IMG/VR virus record: IMGVR_UViG_3300024520_000077 | Span: 1 to 59,412 of that record | Strand: one strand, 5' to 3' | Length of the DNA stretch: 59,412 bases | Source: a virus | Taxonomy: Duplodnaviria > Caudoviricetes | Part shown: positions 1 through 8,600 of the stretch, one piece after another | Numbering within the stretch: position 1 is the stretch's first letter | Layout of the letters: each line of letters opens with the position of its first letter | The notes under the pieces: model-generated | Told to the model about the DNA's origin: nothing | The model's database searches: none | Seen by the model: the letters and a program-made list of their open reading frames with translations, nothing else | Made by a program: the position numbers and the translations under genes

Positions 1-627
1 AAAGCCATCGCGCTTCCGGTGCCGGCGACCGAGCGACCTGATCAACTGGAAGAGGAGGCTTTCCGCCGACCTCATGCTCGGAAAGGCCGGCGCGTCGATC
101 TCGGCGGCGGCGGTTGACGGGGCGGGGCGGTTGTGGGAATCTTCCATGGCGGGAGCCTCCTGGTTAGGGGTCAAGGTTGCCGTAGACGCGGGCCGGTCAA
201 CTCCGGCCCGTCGTCATTCACGCCAGTCTACCACGCCCTGGGCCTCCCCGGGGCGTTTCCCGTCTACGGCGCCACCCGTCGCAGCAGGGTGTCGCGGTTT
301 TCGGAGCCTGACACTCGGTGCTTGACGCTACGGCGCCGGCGTCCCGCTCGCCTCGCTGCTGTCGGCGGACTCGTCGCCGTTGCCGTTGAGGGCGCGCACC
401 GTCCAGGTGTGAAGCAAGCCGTTCGTCAGACCGGTATGGACGAAGCTCGTCCCGGCGATCGGCGAGCCGGGCACCAGCGCCGGCAGGGCCAGGGTCGAGA
501 AGTAGAGGTTGTACCCCGCGGCTCCGTTGATGGCGTCCCAGGTGAGCGTTGCCTCAGTGTCACCGGTGATCACCGAGAGATTCTCCGGCGCTGCCTTGAT
601 GTCGAAGACGGAGCCCGAGACGACGAC
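1..627. repeat. Left copy of terminal redundancy (allele A); 1-127 identical to 58576-58702, remainder diverged relative to 58703-59412
   Basis: Direct comparison of both ends: exact 127-nt match, then substitutions and a gene-sized indel; the last 35 nt of the window match 593-627 exactly. Confidence 0.95.
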
Positions 628-3276
628 GAGGTCGACACCTCGATCCGTGATCCCGTGTGTTTTGCCGAGGACGATCATGCCGTCGGTGCCGGCGTCGAGG
701 AAGCGCGCATGAGGCACCGAGATCTCGTCGCCGATGAGGATGTCCTCCGGCCTGGCCATCAGGAGGTAGCTCCACCAGGTCCGCGGCACCTTGAGGAAGT
801 CGGCCAGCCTGCGCCCGAGCCGCGCTGCCTCGACCACGGTAGAGACGTTCGTCCGCCAGAACACCTCTCGGGCCTTGTCGAAGTTGCTCAGGACCTCCTC
901 GTCTCGGAAGACTTCGAGCTCGCTGAAATCCTGAGCGAGCCTTTTCCGCATCGACGGCGAGACCACGGCGGGGATCCTGCCCTCCGCTATAGGCGCGTAG
1001 TTCGGCGCGTAGAGGACGACCACGCGCCAGGCGGGCGGAAGGGTGTCCATCTCGACGATCGTCTCCTCCTCGACGAGAGAGGCGTCGAAGACGGTCCCAG
1101 AGCCGTCGGGCGGCCGGTAGTGTCCGGCCCGCACCTTCTCGACACCCGCCACCCGCGGCGCGTCCGTTGACCACGCGAAGTAGGACTCGAGGAGGGTCGA
1201 CAGCGCCTGCTGGTATGCCAGGTCGCCGCCTGATGGGATCCCCAGAGACCAGGGCGTATCCCGTTCGCCGACCGGTCCGACCCACGTCACGTCCGAGCCC
1301 GACGTGAAGAGGACGTCGTCGATCTCCGTCCCCTCGGCCCGGTCGCGCACGTCCTTGAGCCAAACCAGCGACGTTGGTGCCGTCGTCGTCACTGGCGCCG
1401 ACGTGGTGGCGTCGACCGTGAGTTGGCCGGTGAAGAGGTCGACCGTCGTCAAGGTGCCGTCGCCGATGTCGGTCACCTCGTCGGGGTTCGCGGCGGCGGG
1501 CATGTCGATCGTGATAGAGGCGGCGAGGTCCTCCGCGCTGAATCCGCCGACGGCTTGGTCGGCGCCGAGCTGGGCGTAAGGCCTGCCCTGTCCGTCGTTG
1601 ACGAAGACGAAGAGACCTCCCTCGATGCCGGTGCAGAACCAGATACCGTCCTCGGCATGGCCGCCGCTGATCTCGATCTCCGATCCCTGCCGGAGCTCCG
1701 TCCCCTCGGCGCTCACCAGGGGGCCGAAGGCCAGCCGCGCAAGGGCGGTCGATTCGATTGCCGAGCGGTTGAGGGAGCCGAGATTCGTCCGCAGGCGGAA
1801 CACGCCGGTCTCGGAGTATCCGATCCGGAGAGGAAGGCCGTCGAGGCGCGCTGCGTTGATCGCCGTCGATTGTGAGGACGCGCGGTAGATGGGTTTCGGC
1901 CCCTGGAGCCCGGCGCGGCTTTGAAAGGCGGGCGGGAAGTTGAAGACCGTGCTGAGAATGTAGGGCCAGGAGTCCCCGCGGGGCGATCCTTCTACAGTCG
2001 GCTTGTCGCCCTCCTCACTCTGGACGTAGTCGGCCGTGCCCTGGAAGGTAAGGTCGTTCTCGGCGCCGTCGAAGATGAGATCGTGACTTTCGGTCAGGAG
2101 AGCCCCTATAGAGACGGATCCCTCTAGGAATTTGTAGAGCTGCCACAGATCCCCTTGGCTCGCCCGGTCGTATTCCAGCGGCCCTGCCTGGCGCGTCCTC
2201 ATCTCCTCAGCGCCGATGCTGTCGTCGGAGAGCCAGAATTCCCAGATCCTGGCGCTGAGCGGGTTCACGTCCGGAGCGCCTCGACCGATGCGAAACACCG
2301 TCGCATCCGCCGCCGGGTCCTTCGTCGTCAAGACCGAGGAGACCTGCTCACCGTCGACGTAGAGGTAGAGGCGTGGGTGCGTCGCGGTGGCATCGTAGTC
2401 GACTCCGATCATGAAGGGCCGCGATGTGCCGATCGTGAAGTTGTAGTCAGGGAAGACGAAGGTCACCGCGCCGGCGCCGTCGTCGTGGACGACCTCGACC
2501 GTTGGGCCAGCGCCAGCGGCCCGGAAGCGGACGAAGAGCCGGGCGCTGTAGGTGAAGATCGTGGCGACCTCGACGCCAGTCGGCACCGCGAGAAGCGTCA
2601 TGATCGTCGAGAAGGCCCACGCTCCGGACGTCGGCACGAAGGCCGACGAGGTTACGTCGAGCCAGGCGTCGACCGCTCCACCACCACCCGTCGAGTCGAG
2701 TTCAATCCCATATCCGTGGCCCAGGTAGGGCCGGCGGACCAACTTCCGCTCTTGCGACCACCCCTCGGGAGATTCGGCTTGAAACTCCCAAGACTCCTGG
2801 CCGCGCTTCGCCGTCCGGAGCCGGCCGTAGAAGACCTCGTCGTAGTCGGAGAACTCGTAGGGGTTCCCGTCCCCGTCTCTCTCGGCGCCACGGTAGACGA
2901 CGACCTCGGAGCCGGTGAGCTGGTAATCTCGCCAGTCGTCGAGGGTTGAGCCGTCGGGCCCGCGCCGGTTGGAGACGGAGAAGGTGAAGCGATTCGCCTC
3001 AGTACCGCCCTTGATTCCCGTCCCTCGCGGGAGCTGGCCCACCTGGTTCGCGTTCGGCGGATTCCGAGCGCCAGTCGACTCCTCGAGCTGGTAGCCCGCC
3101 TCCAGCCGGGTCAGGAACATGTCGCCCTCGTCCCGCAGGTGGCGCGCATCTGACACCCTGAGTACCACGGTCACCGGCGCCAGGGCTACGCGGTCGACCT
3201 TGTGCGGCGTCGTAATCTCGATGGCCAGCGTTTTGGCCAGGTCGAGGCGGCGGAGGACGGAGGCGGGAATCGTCAT
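328..3276 (-). CDS. Large tail tip/hub protein with LamG-like (ConA lectin) domain and C-terminal fibronectin type III domain
   Basis: Start MTIPASV overlaps upstream stop (ATGA); LYLYVDGEQV...FRIG...LSARIWEFWL...LWQLYKF is LamG-like; APENL..TLTW..GYNLY..GLTNG..WTVRALN is FN3-like; lies downstream of tape measure. Confidence 0.75.
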   Translation of the reverse strand: MTIPASVLRRLDLAKTLAIEITTPHKVDRVALAPVTVVLRVSDARHLRDEGDMFLTRLEAGYQLEESTGARNPPNANQVGQLPRGTGIKGGTEANRFTFSVSNRRGPDGSTLDDWRDYQLTGSEVVVYRGAERDGDGNPYEFSDYDEVFYGRLRTAKRGQESWEFQAESPEGWSQERKLVRRPYLGHGYGIELDSTGGGGAVDAWLDVTSSAFVPTSGAWAFSTIMTLLAVPTGVEVATIFTYSARLFVRFRAAGAGPTVEVVHDDGAGAVTFVFPDYNFTIGTSRPFMIGVDYDATATHPRLYLYVDGEQVSSVLTTKDPAADATVFRIGRGAPDVNPLSARIWEFWLSDDSIGAEEMRTRQAGPLEYDRASQGDLWQLYKFLEGSVSIGALLTESHDLIFDGAENDLTFQGTADYVQSEEGDKPTVEGSPRGDSWPYILSTVFNFPPAFQSRAGLQGPKPIYRASSQSTAINAARLDGLPLRIGYSETGVFRLRTNLGSLNRSAIESTALARLAFGPLVSAEGTELRQGSEIEISGGHAEDGIWFCTGIEGGLFVFVNDGQGRPYAQLGADQAVGGFSAEDLAASITIDMPAAANPDEVTDIGDGTLTTVDLFTGQLTVDATTSAPVTTTAPTSLVWLKDVRDRAEGTEIDDVLFTSGSDVTWVGPVGERDTPWSLGIPSGGDLAYQQALSTLLESYFAWSTDAPRVAGVEKVRAGHYRPPDGSGTVFDASLVEEETIVEMDTLPPAWRVVVLYAPNYAPIAEGRIPAVVSPSMRKRLAQDFSELEVFRDEEVLSNFDKAREVFWRTNVSTVVEAARLGRRLADFLKVPRTWWSYLLMARPEDILIGDEISVPHARFLDAGTDGMIVLGKTHGITDRGVDLVVVSGSVFDIKAAPENLSVITGDTEATLTWDAINGAAGYNLYFSTLALPALVPGSPIAGTSFVHTGLTNGLLHTWTVRALNGNGDESADSSEASGTPAP

Positions 3277-3746
3277 GCCACTGCCCTCGTCTCGCGGTAG
3301 GCGGAGAATCTCGCGGTCGCGTCGTCCATCATGGTCTGGAATTCCGCCTTGGTGCCGCCCCACCGCCTGAACAGGTCGAGGCGTTCCTTCATTGTCAGGA
3401 TGACGCCACGCTCGACGATCTTGACGACGGCCGCGGACGATGCGCGCCAGGTCGGAAACGGGCCGTCCTCCGCGCTGGCCTCGACCGGTCCGACAAGGCG
3501 GACTCTGTACAGGTCGCCGCCGACACACTTCGAGGCGTGAAACCTGGCGTAGCGGCGGTTCGTCGTGGCGTAGACGTAGCCCGACGGCGTCGCCGGGTCG
3601 AGGTCGTGATCTTCGCCCTTCGCGTGCGCCTCACAGACCGGGCAGCCTTCGACGCAGCGGTGGCCCACCATGTCGGGCCGGATCGTGTCGCCCCGGTGAA
3701 GACCAGAGACCCCACCGTGCCACAGGAGTTTAACGCGTGCGTCCAT
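3273..3746 (-). CDS. Arr-like (rifampin ADP-ribosyltransferase fold) ADP-ribosyltransferase
   Basis: LWHGG..GL..GD.I.P, YVYATT, LYRV..VG.VE...D and (T)WR motifs parallel the Arr H-Y-acidic ART pattern. Confidence 0.65.
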   Translation of the reverse strand: MDARVKLLWHGGVSGLHRGDTIRPDMVGHRCVEGCPVCEAHAKGEDHDLDPATPSGYVYATTNRRYARFHASKCVGGDLYRVRLVGPVEASAEDGPFPTWRASSAAVVKIVERGVILTMKERLDLFRRWGGTKAEFQTMMDDATARFSAYRETRAVA

Positions 3747-3750
3747 CGTC

Positions 3751-4689
3751 CTATCCTATCGTCATCTGCTCAGGCGGCGCCACCGCGGTCGGCGGCTCGA
3801 AGAGGGTGCGCTGGGCGTACCGGTCGACGGCGATCCGCTGGGCTACGTCGATCCACAGCTCGCCGTCGTCCTGCCGCGCCAGGAGGTCACCGCCAAAGAA
3901 GCGCCGGCCGTGGTCGAGCGCGGCTATCAAGGACGTACCCGAGCCGAGGAAGGGGTCGACGACCAGGTCGCCGGGATTCGAGAAGCAGAGGACCAGGCGC
4001 GACGCCAGCCGGTAGGGGTAAGGGGCCGGGTGGCCAGCCGCCTCCAGGTCTACGCATCCGCTCTTGTTCATCCCCACGGCGCCGAGGTCGAAGAGGTCGG
4101 ATGGCATCTTCCATTCCGGCGGCAGGACGCTGGACGTCTGGCCTTTCTGGTCCCGTGCTAGCCTCCTCTTGCCGCCGGGCGAAGGGGTCGAAACGCTACG
4201 CCTGCGACCATTTTCGGCGCTCGTCCTTCGAACCGCGATGGCGGCCTTGTTGAGAGTCCTCTCTCCTGGCGTCGCGAGCCACAAAATGGGCTCCAGGGCT
4301 TTCCTGAAGCCGCGCTCGTAGTGCCCTGTGAACCCCTCCCGAACGTACGCCACCCAGGGGTCCGGAGCGATAAGGCCGAACCGGTCCTTCCAGTCAAGCA
4401 GGACGCGCATTGGCAAGTCCGACCGCTCGGTGTACCCGTCTCCGCGGTAGTCCCGCACGGGGCCGTCGAGGACGCAAAGACACTGACCGCCGTCGGGCCG
4501 GAGGGCTCGCTTGACGGCGTCGCCGAGACGCTGGTAGTCCTCGAGCTTCCAGTGGACCCCGGCGCCGTAGGTGCGCGCGTCCTCATAGGGCGGAGACATC
4601 AGGATCAGATCCACCTTGCCCTCGACCTCGGCCAGGGTGTCGGCGTAGTCGGCTTGGCGGAGGCCGACGAGCAGGTCGAGGGGGTTCAT
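3751..4689 (-). CDS. Beta-class amino DNA methyltransferase (SPPY, probably N4-cytosine), copy 1
   Basis: DLILMSPPY motif IV, HPAPYP, VVDPFLGSGT motif I. Confidence 0.92.
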   Translation of the reverse strand: MNPLDLLVGLRQADYADTLAEVEGKVDLILMSPPYEDARTYGAGVHWKLEDYQRLGDAVKRALRPDGGQCLCVLDGPVRDYRGDGYTERSDLPMRVLLDWKDRFGLIAPDPWVAYVREGFTGHYERGFRKALEPILWLATPGERTLNKAAIAVRRTSAENGRRRSVSTPSPGGKRRLARDQKGQTSSVLPPEWKMPSDLFDLGAVGMNKSGCVDLEAAGHPAPYPYRLASRLVLCFSNPGDLVVDPFLGSGTSLIAALDHGRRFFGGDLLARQDDGELWIDVAQRIAVDRYAQRTLFEPPTAVAPPEQMTIG

Positions 4690-4949
4690 GCCGACCACCG
4701 CGGGTCAGGCGGGTTCAGTCGGCCCGTTACCGCGTCCACGACGAAGGCGCCGTTGACGACGCTCAAGGCGTCGGTCGGCCCGATGCCGTGCGCCGTCGGG
4801 TTCTCGGCTCTCGTCGCCGCGTTGCGGGCGATGTTGCCCGTACACATGTCCTGGTGCGCCAGTCCGCCGAGATCCTTGTCGCGGACGCACAGCGCCGGCC
4901 AGGTGACGTGCCGCGTCGATCGAGCGAAGAGGGCGAGCTGGTCGCTCAT
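4686..4949 (-). CDS. Hypothetical protein
   Basis: ATGA-coupled to neighbours on both sides. Confidence 0.5.
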   Translation of the reverse strand: MSDQLALFARSTRHVTWPALCVRDKDLGGLAHQDMCTGNIARNAATRAENPTAHGIGPTDALSVVNGAFVVDAVTGRLNPPDPRWSA

Positions 4950-5052
4950 GCTGAGGCGTCGATCGCCGCCATGGCCTTGTGCTCGCGGTAGTGCCGCCGC
5001 TCGGCGTGCGCGGCGAGGATCTCGGCGCGGGTCGGCCGGTGCGCGGGCGCGC

Positions 5053-5370
5053 TCATTGCAACCTCTGGCGGAGGCGAACGCCGGGCGAGGACAGGTGGCT
5101 GCACGTCTCGGCGAAGCCTCGCTCCTCGTCGTCTTGCGGCGTCCGGCGAAATAACTCGGCGGCGAGTGACCATCCGGCCTTGGTCGGCTCGTAGTTTTCG
5201 AGTAAGCCCCGTCGGCGCAGGGCCTCTCGGGAATTTTCCAACCAGACCGAGATGGAAATCAGACCGGTGATCGTCCCTGCAGCCTGGAGCCGCAAGACCC
5301 ACGCCATGCGAGTTGACAGCTTGTGCCTTCGCGCGATGTCGGACGGCAGCTCGGGAAGTTCGTTTCTCAT
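5053..5370 (-). CDS. Hypothetical protein, possibly winged-helix
   Basis: Starts just after a TAGACA-17-TAGGAT promoter; SREALRRRGLL..PTKAG resembles a wHTH wing. Confidence 0.45.
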   Translation of the reverse strand: MRNELPELPSDIARRHKLSTRMAWVLRLQAAGTITGLISISVWLENSREALRRRGLLENYEPTKAGWSLAAELFRRTPQDDEERGFAETCSHLSSPGVRLRQRLQ

Positions 5371-5376
5371 CGGCTC

Positions 5377-5423
5377 ATCCTACCGCGTAGGCACTTGAGT
5401 GTCTAGCCGGACCGTGGTACGCT
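5377..5423. promoter_or_regulatory. Overlapping divergent sigma70-type promoters containing a GACACT-N2-AGTGTC-like palindrome
   Basis: Minus strand TAGACA-17-TAGGAT; plus strand TTGAGT-17-TACGCT; ggcacttgagtgtc at 5390-5403. Confidence 0.6.
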
Positions 5424-5430
5424 TCTTGTG

Positions 5431-5676
5431 ATGATGGACACTCTGACAACCGAGCAGCTCGCCGACTTGGAGCCCGACATCCGCGCCGACGTACTCAAGA
5501 CCCGACACTTCCGCCAAGGCATGCGTGCCGCCGTGATAGCGATCCGCGTCCTTGTCGACCAAGGGACGAGCTACGCCGAGGCCGTCGAAATCATGACCTT
5601 CGAGGATCCGCTGCGGCCGAGCGAGTGCGCCTATTGTCAGGCCGATCATCCCGCCGACCCTGACCCGAGCGCCTGA
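5431..5676 (+). CDS. Small accessory protein, convergent with tape measure gene
   Basis: Own promoter; plausible coding composition; CAYC motif. Confidence 0.5.
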   Translation: MMDTLTTEQLADLEPDIRADVLKTRHFRQGMRAAVIAIRVLVDQGTSYAEAVEIMTFEDPLRPSECAYCQADHPADPDPSA

Positions 5677-8600
5677 CGGATCCCTTTCAGCTCGTTTTTG
5701 ATCACGCGCAGCTCGGCGTTTGCGTTGCCCTGGCCGATCCACGCGGTGTGGTTCGCGATGGCGGAGAGGCGCGAGCGGATTGCGCCGCCCTGGCCCATGT
5801 CGGAGACGAGGGTCCCGAGCTGGTCGGACATCGCCTGCGCGGTGGCGTTCAGGTTGCCCTCCCCGACGCGGTCGAGAAGAGCTCCGAATTGCAAGCCTTG
5901 CGCCGCCTGGCCCTCGACCATCATGCCGCCCGAGACGGAGATCTCGGCGAGGCTCGCCACGATCAGGTCGAGGCGTTCGGTTTGCTCCACCTGCTCTTGA
6001 GCAGCTTCGGGATCGGTCTTGAACGGCACCTGCCGCGGCGGCTCCTCGCCTGCCGCCTGGATCGCTGCCAGGGCTGCCGCCGACGCCTCCAGGGCGCCGC
6101 GCTGCTCTTCGGTGAGCGTCTCCAGGCCGAGGAGCTGCTCTATGATCGCCAGGAGGGCGGCGAGTTGCTCCGGGGCGAGCTGGTCGGCGACGGCCAGTGT
6201 GCCGCCCAGGAGCTCCAGGAGGGCGGTGAGCTCATCGCTATCGAGTGTGCCGGCGACGGCCAGCGTGCCACTCAGAAGATTGATGATCTCCTGATTATCC
6301 AGGATGACCTGCAAGGCCTCCAGTTCGGCGCGCTGCGCCTCTGAGAGTCCCTCGATCGCCAGGAGGGCGGCCACCGTCGCCTGGAGCTCGCTGAGCTCCT
6401 CGACGGACAAGCCGTCGAGGTGTTCTACGGTTTCAAGCAGGACGCCGGTAATACGTGCGATCTCGACGAGCTGCAAGAGGGTAAGATCATTCCCTGCGCC
6501 TCCTCCGCCGGTGCCCTCGATCGCCGCGACGAGGGCACCGCCGCCGCCCAGGCTGCCCGCGATCTCGTCGAGGCCGATAACGACCTGTTGGCGCAGGAAG
6601 TCGATCGCGTCGCGGAGAAGCTCGTTCTCGGTCGGTTGCTGGGCAAGCAAGCCCTCGATGTCTTCCAGGATGTCGGCGCCGACGATCCGACCGCCGAACT
6701 CCTCGCCGAAGATCCCGCGACCCGCCTCGCGGAAGGCTCGACCAGCCTCGGCGATCTCGCGGAGTTGATCGGGGTCGAGCTGGGACAGATCCGACGGCAA
6801 GCCGGCGATGAGCTCCTGGAACCGCGAGCGCGCCGCGTCGAAACTTTCCGCCGGTGCCCGCGTCTCGCCCCGGATCTCGTCGGCGAGGTCCCGGAGCCCT
6901 TCAAAGGCGTCTTGCCACGCGTCGGCGAGCTCGGCCGCCATCGCCTTCCCGGCCTCGGTGAATTCGTCGGTGCCAGACTTGAGGGTCTTCAAGATCGAAC
7001 CGACGCGCGCGAACTTATCGAAGATGTCCTCGAGCTGCCTGGCCACTGGCCCGAGCCGGCTCTTTCGCGCGGCTTCAAGGAAGTCGTCGAGTTCCTCGCG
7101 GAGACGTTCCAGCTCGTCGCTGGCACCCGACGCAGCAGAGCGAAACCCGCCACGGGCTGACGCCCTGCCGCCCGCCGCGCCGCCGCCATCAGCGGCCGGG
7201 AGGTCAAATCCGAGGACTGCCGCCTCGAGGAAGGCGTCCAGGTTGGCACGGGCCACGCTTTCCGCGATGGCCTCGGCGATCATCTCGCCCATGCCGGACG
7301 CGAGCAGGGCTCGCCTGATATCCGGCGGGAGCCCGGCGATGAAGTCCTCCCAGCCCTCCAGGATCTCCTGGAATTCCTCCGGGGTGCTGGCCCCCTCGAG
7401 CGCTTCCTCGAACCACGCGAGAACCTGCTCTTGGAAGATGTCCGGGATACCCTCGCCGCCGAGGTCCATTCCTGCGACGGCCTCCTCCCACAGCCGGCGG
7501 AGCTGTGTGTCAAGCGGCGTTTCGCCGAGTACCCGGCCGAGCTCCGCCCACCTGGCCGTAATGTCGTCGGCGATGGCCTGAGCGGCGGCGGCCATGACGG
7601 CGTCGAGGGCGACGATGGCCTGCTGGTACTCCTCGAGGGTCAGTCGTCCGGAGGCCAAGTGAGCATCGAACACGGCGAGCGCATCGAGGCGAGCGCGTTC
7701 CTCTGCCGTGACGCCAGCGAGCAGGTCCGCGGTCTCGGCGAGTAGACGATTGAGGTCGGCGAGCGCGTCCGCTCTAGTCCTCCCGCCACCACCGCCACCA
7801 CCTCCGCCGCCCTGGTCTTGCCCCAGAGCGCCGAAGCCGCCCATCTCGTTGATACCGCGCTGGATCTCTTGAATGATCCGGTTGAAGCCCCGCACCTGTT
7901 CGTCTGACAGTATTCCCGCGGCTCGCGCAGCCTGGAGCGTCGCCCGGATCGAGAGGAGCTGCATTCGGGTTTGGAGCTCCAACGCCCGGGCCCGGAGTCG
8001 CTCGGCCAGCTCGCCTTTGCCGGCCAGGTCCGCAAGGCTGGCGAGCTGGCCGAGGAGGCCGACCACGAAATTCTGACGGAAGTTCTGGAGCGCCTGTTGT
8101 ATCTCTGCCGAGGAGAGACCCTCGAGAGTCGTGATGAGCTCCGCAACGATCTCGTCGGCGGTCTTGCCCTCCGCGGCGAGCTCCTCCCATCTTTCCCCGA
8201 GCTCCTTGACGACCTCGTCCGACACTTTCAGGTCGAAAAGGTAGCTCTCGAATTCTTCGCGAGACCTCGCCAGTCCATCGCTACTCCGTGAGGTGGCATC
8301 CGCGTGTAGTAGCGCCGCCTCAGCCCCGGCCCGTAGCTCCTCCTCGAGCTTGGCGACCCCGGCCGGACCAGCTATGGCGATGGCGTCCTGGAGCTGTTCC
8401 CACTCTCCGAGGAAGCTCTGAACGCCTCCGACCGACCGGACCAAGGCGGCGGCCTCATCGATCAGAGACTGAATCCGCCGGCGCTCGGCTTCAACGACGC
8501 GCTCCGTTGCAATGCCGAGATCGGCGGCAATCGTCAGCCGCACCCGCATATCTGCGGTGACCTCAGATATGAACTGTTCCCATGGCGTTCGTAGCGCTGC

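Noticed and set aside
328-627. Diversity-generating retroelement VR/TR pair (tail C-terminus repeated at 59113-59412)
   Set aside because: Differences are largely synonymous and not adenine-specific, homology extends into neighbouring genes, and no reverse transcriptase ORF is present
3277-3528. N-terminal extensions in the ORF track (also 14610-15119, 28175-28693, 40612-40710, 53226-53399)
   Set aside because: They overlap better-supported upstream genes; coupled stop/start junctions or RBSs define later starts
7783-7812. Gly-codon run as a contingency repeat
   Set aside because: Mixed codons encoding an ordinary poly-Gly linker in the tape measure protein
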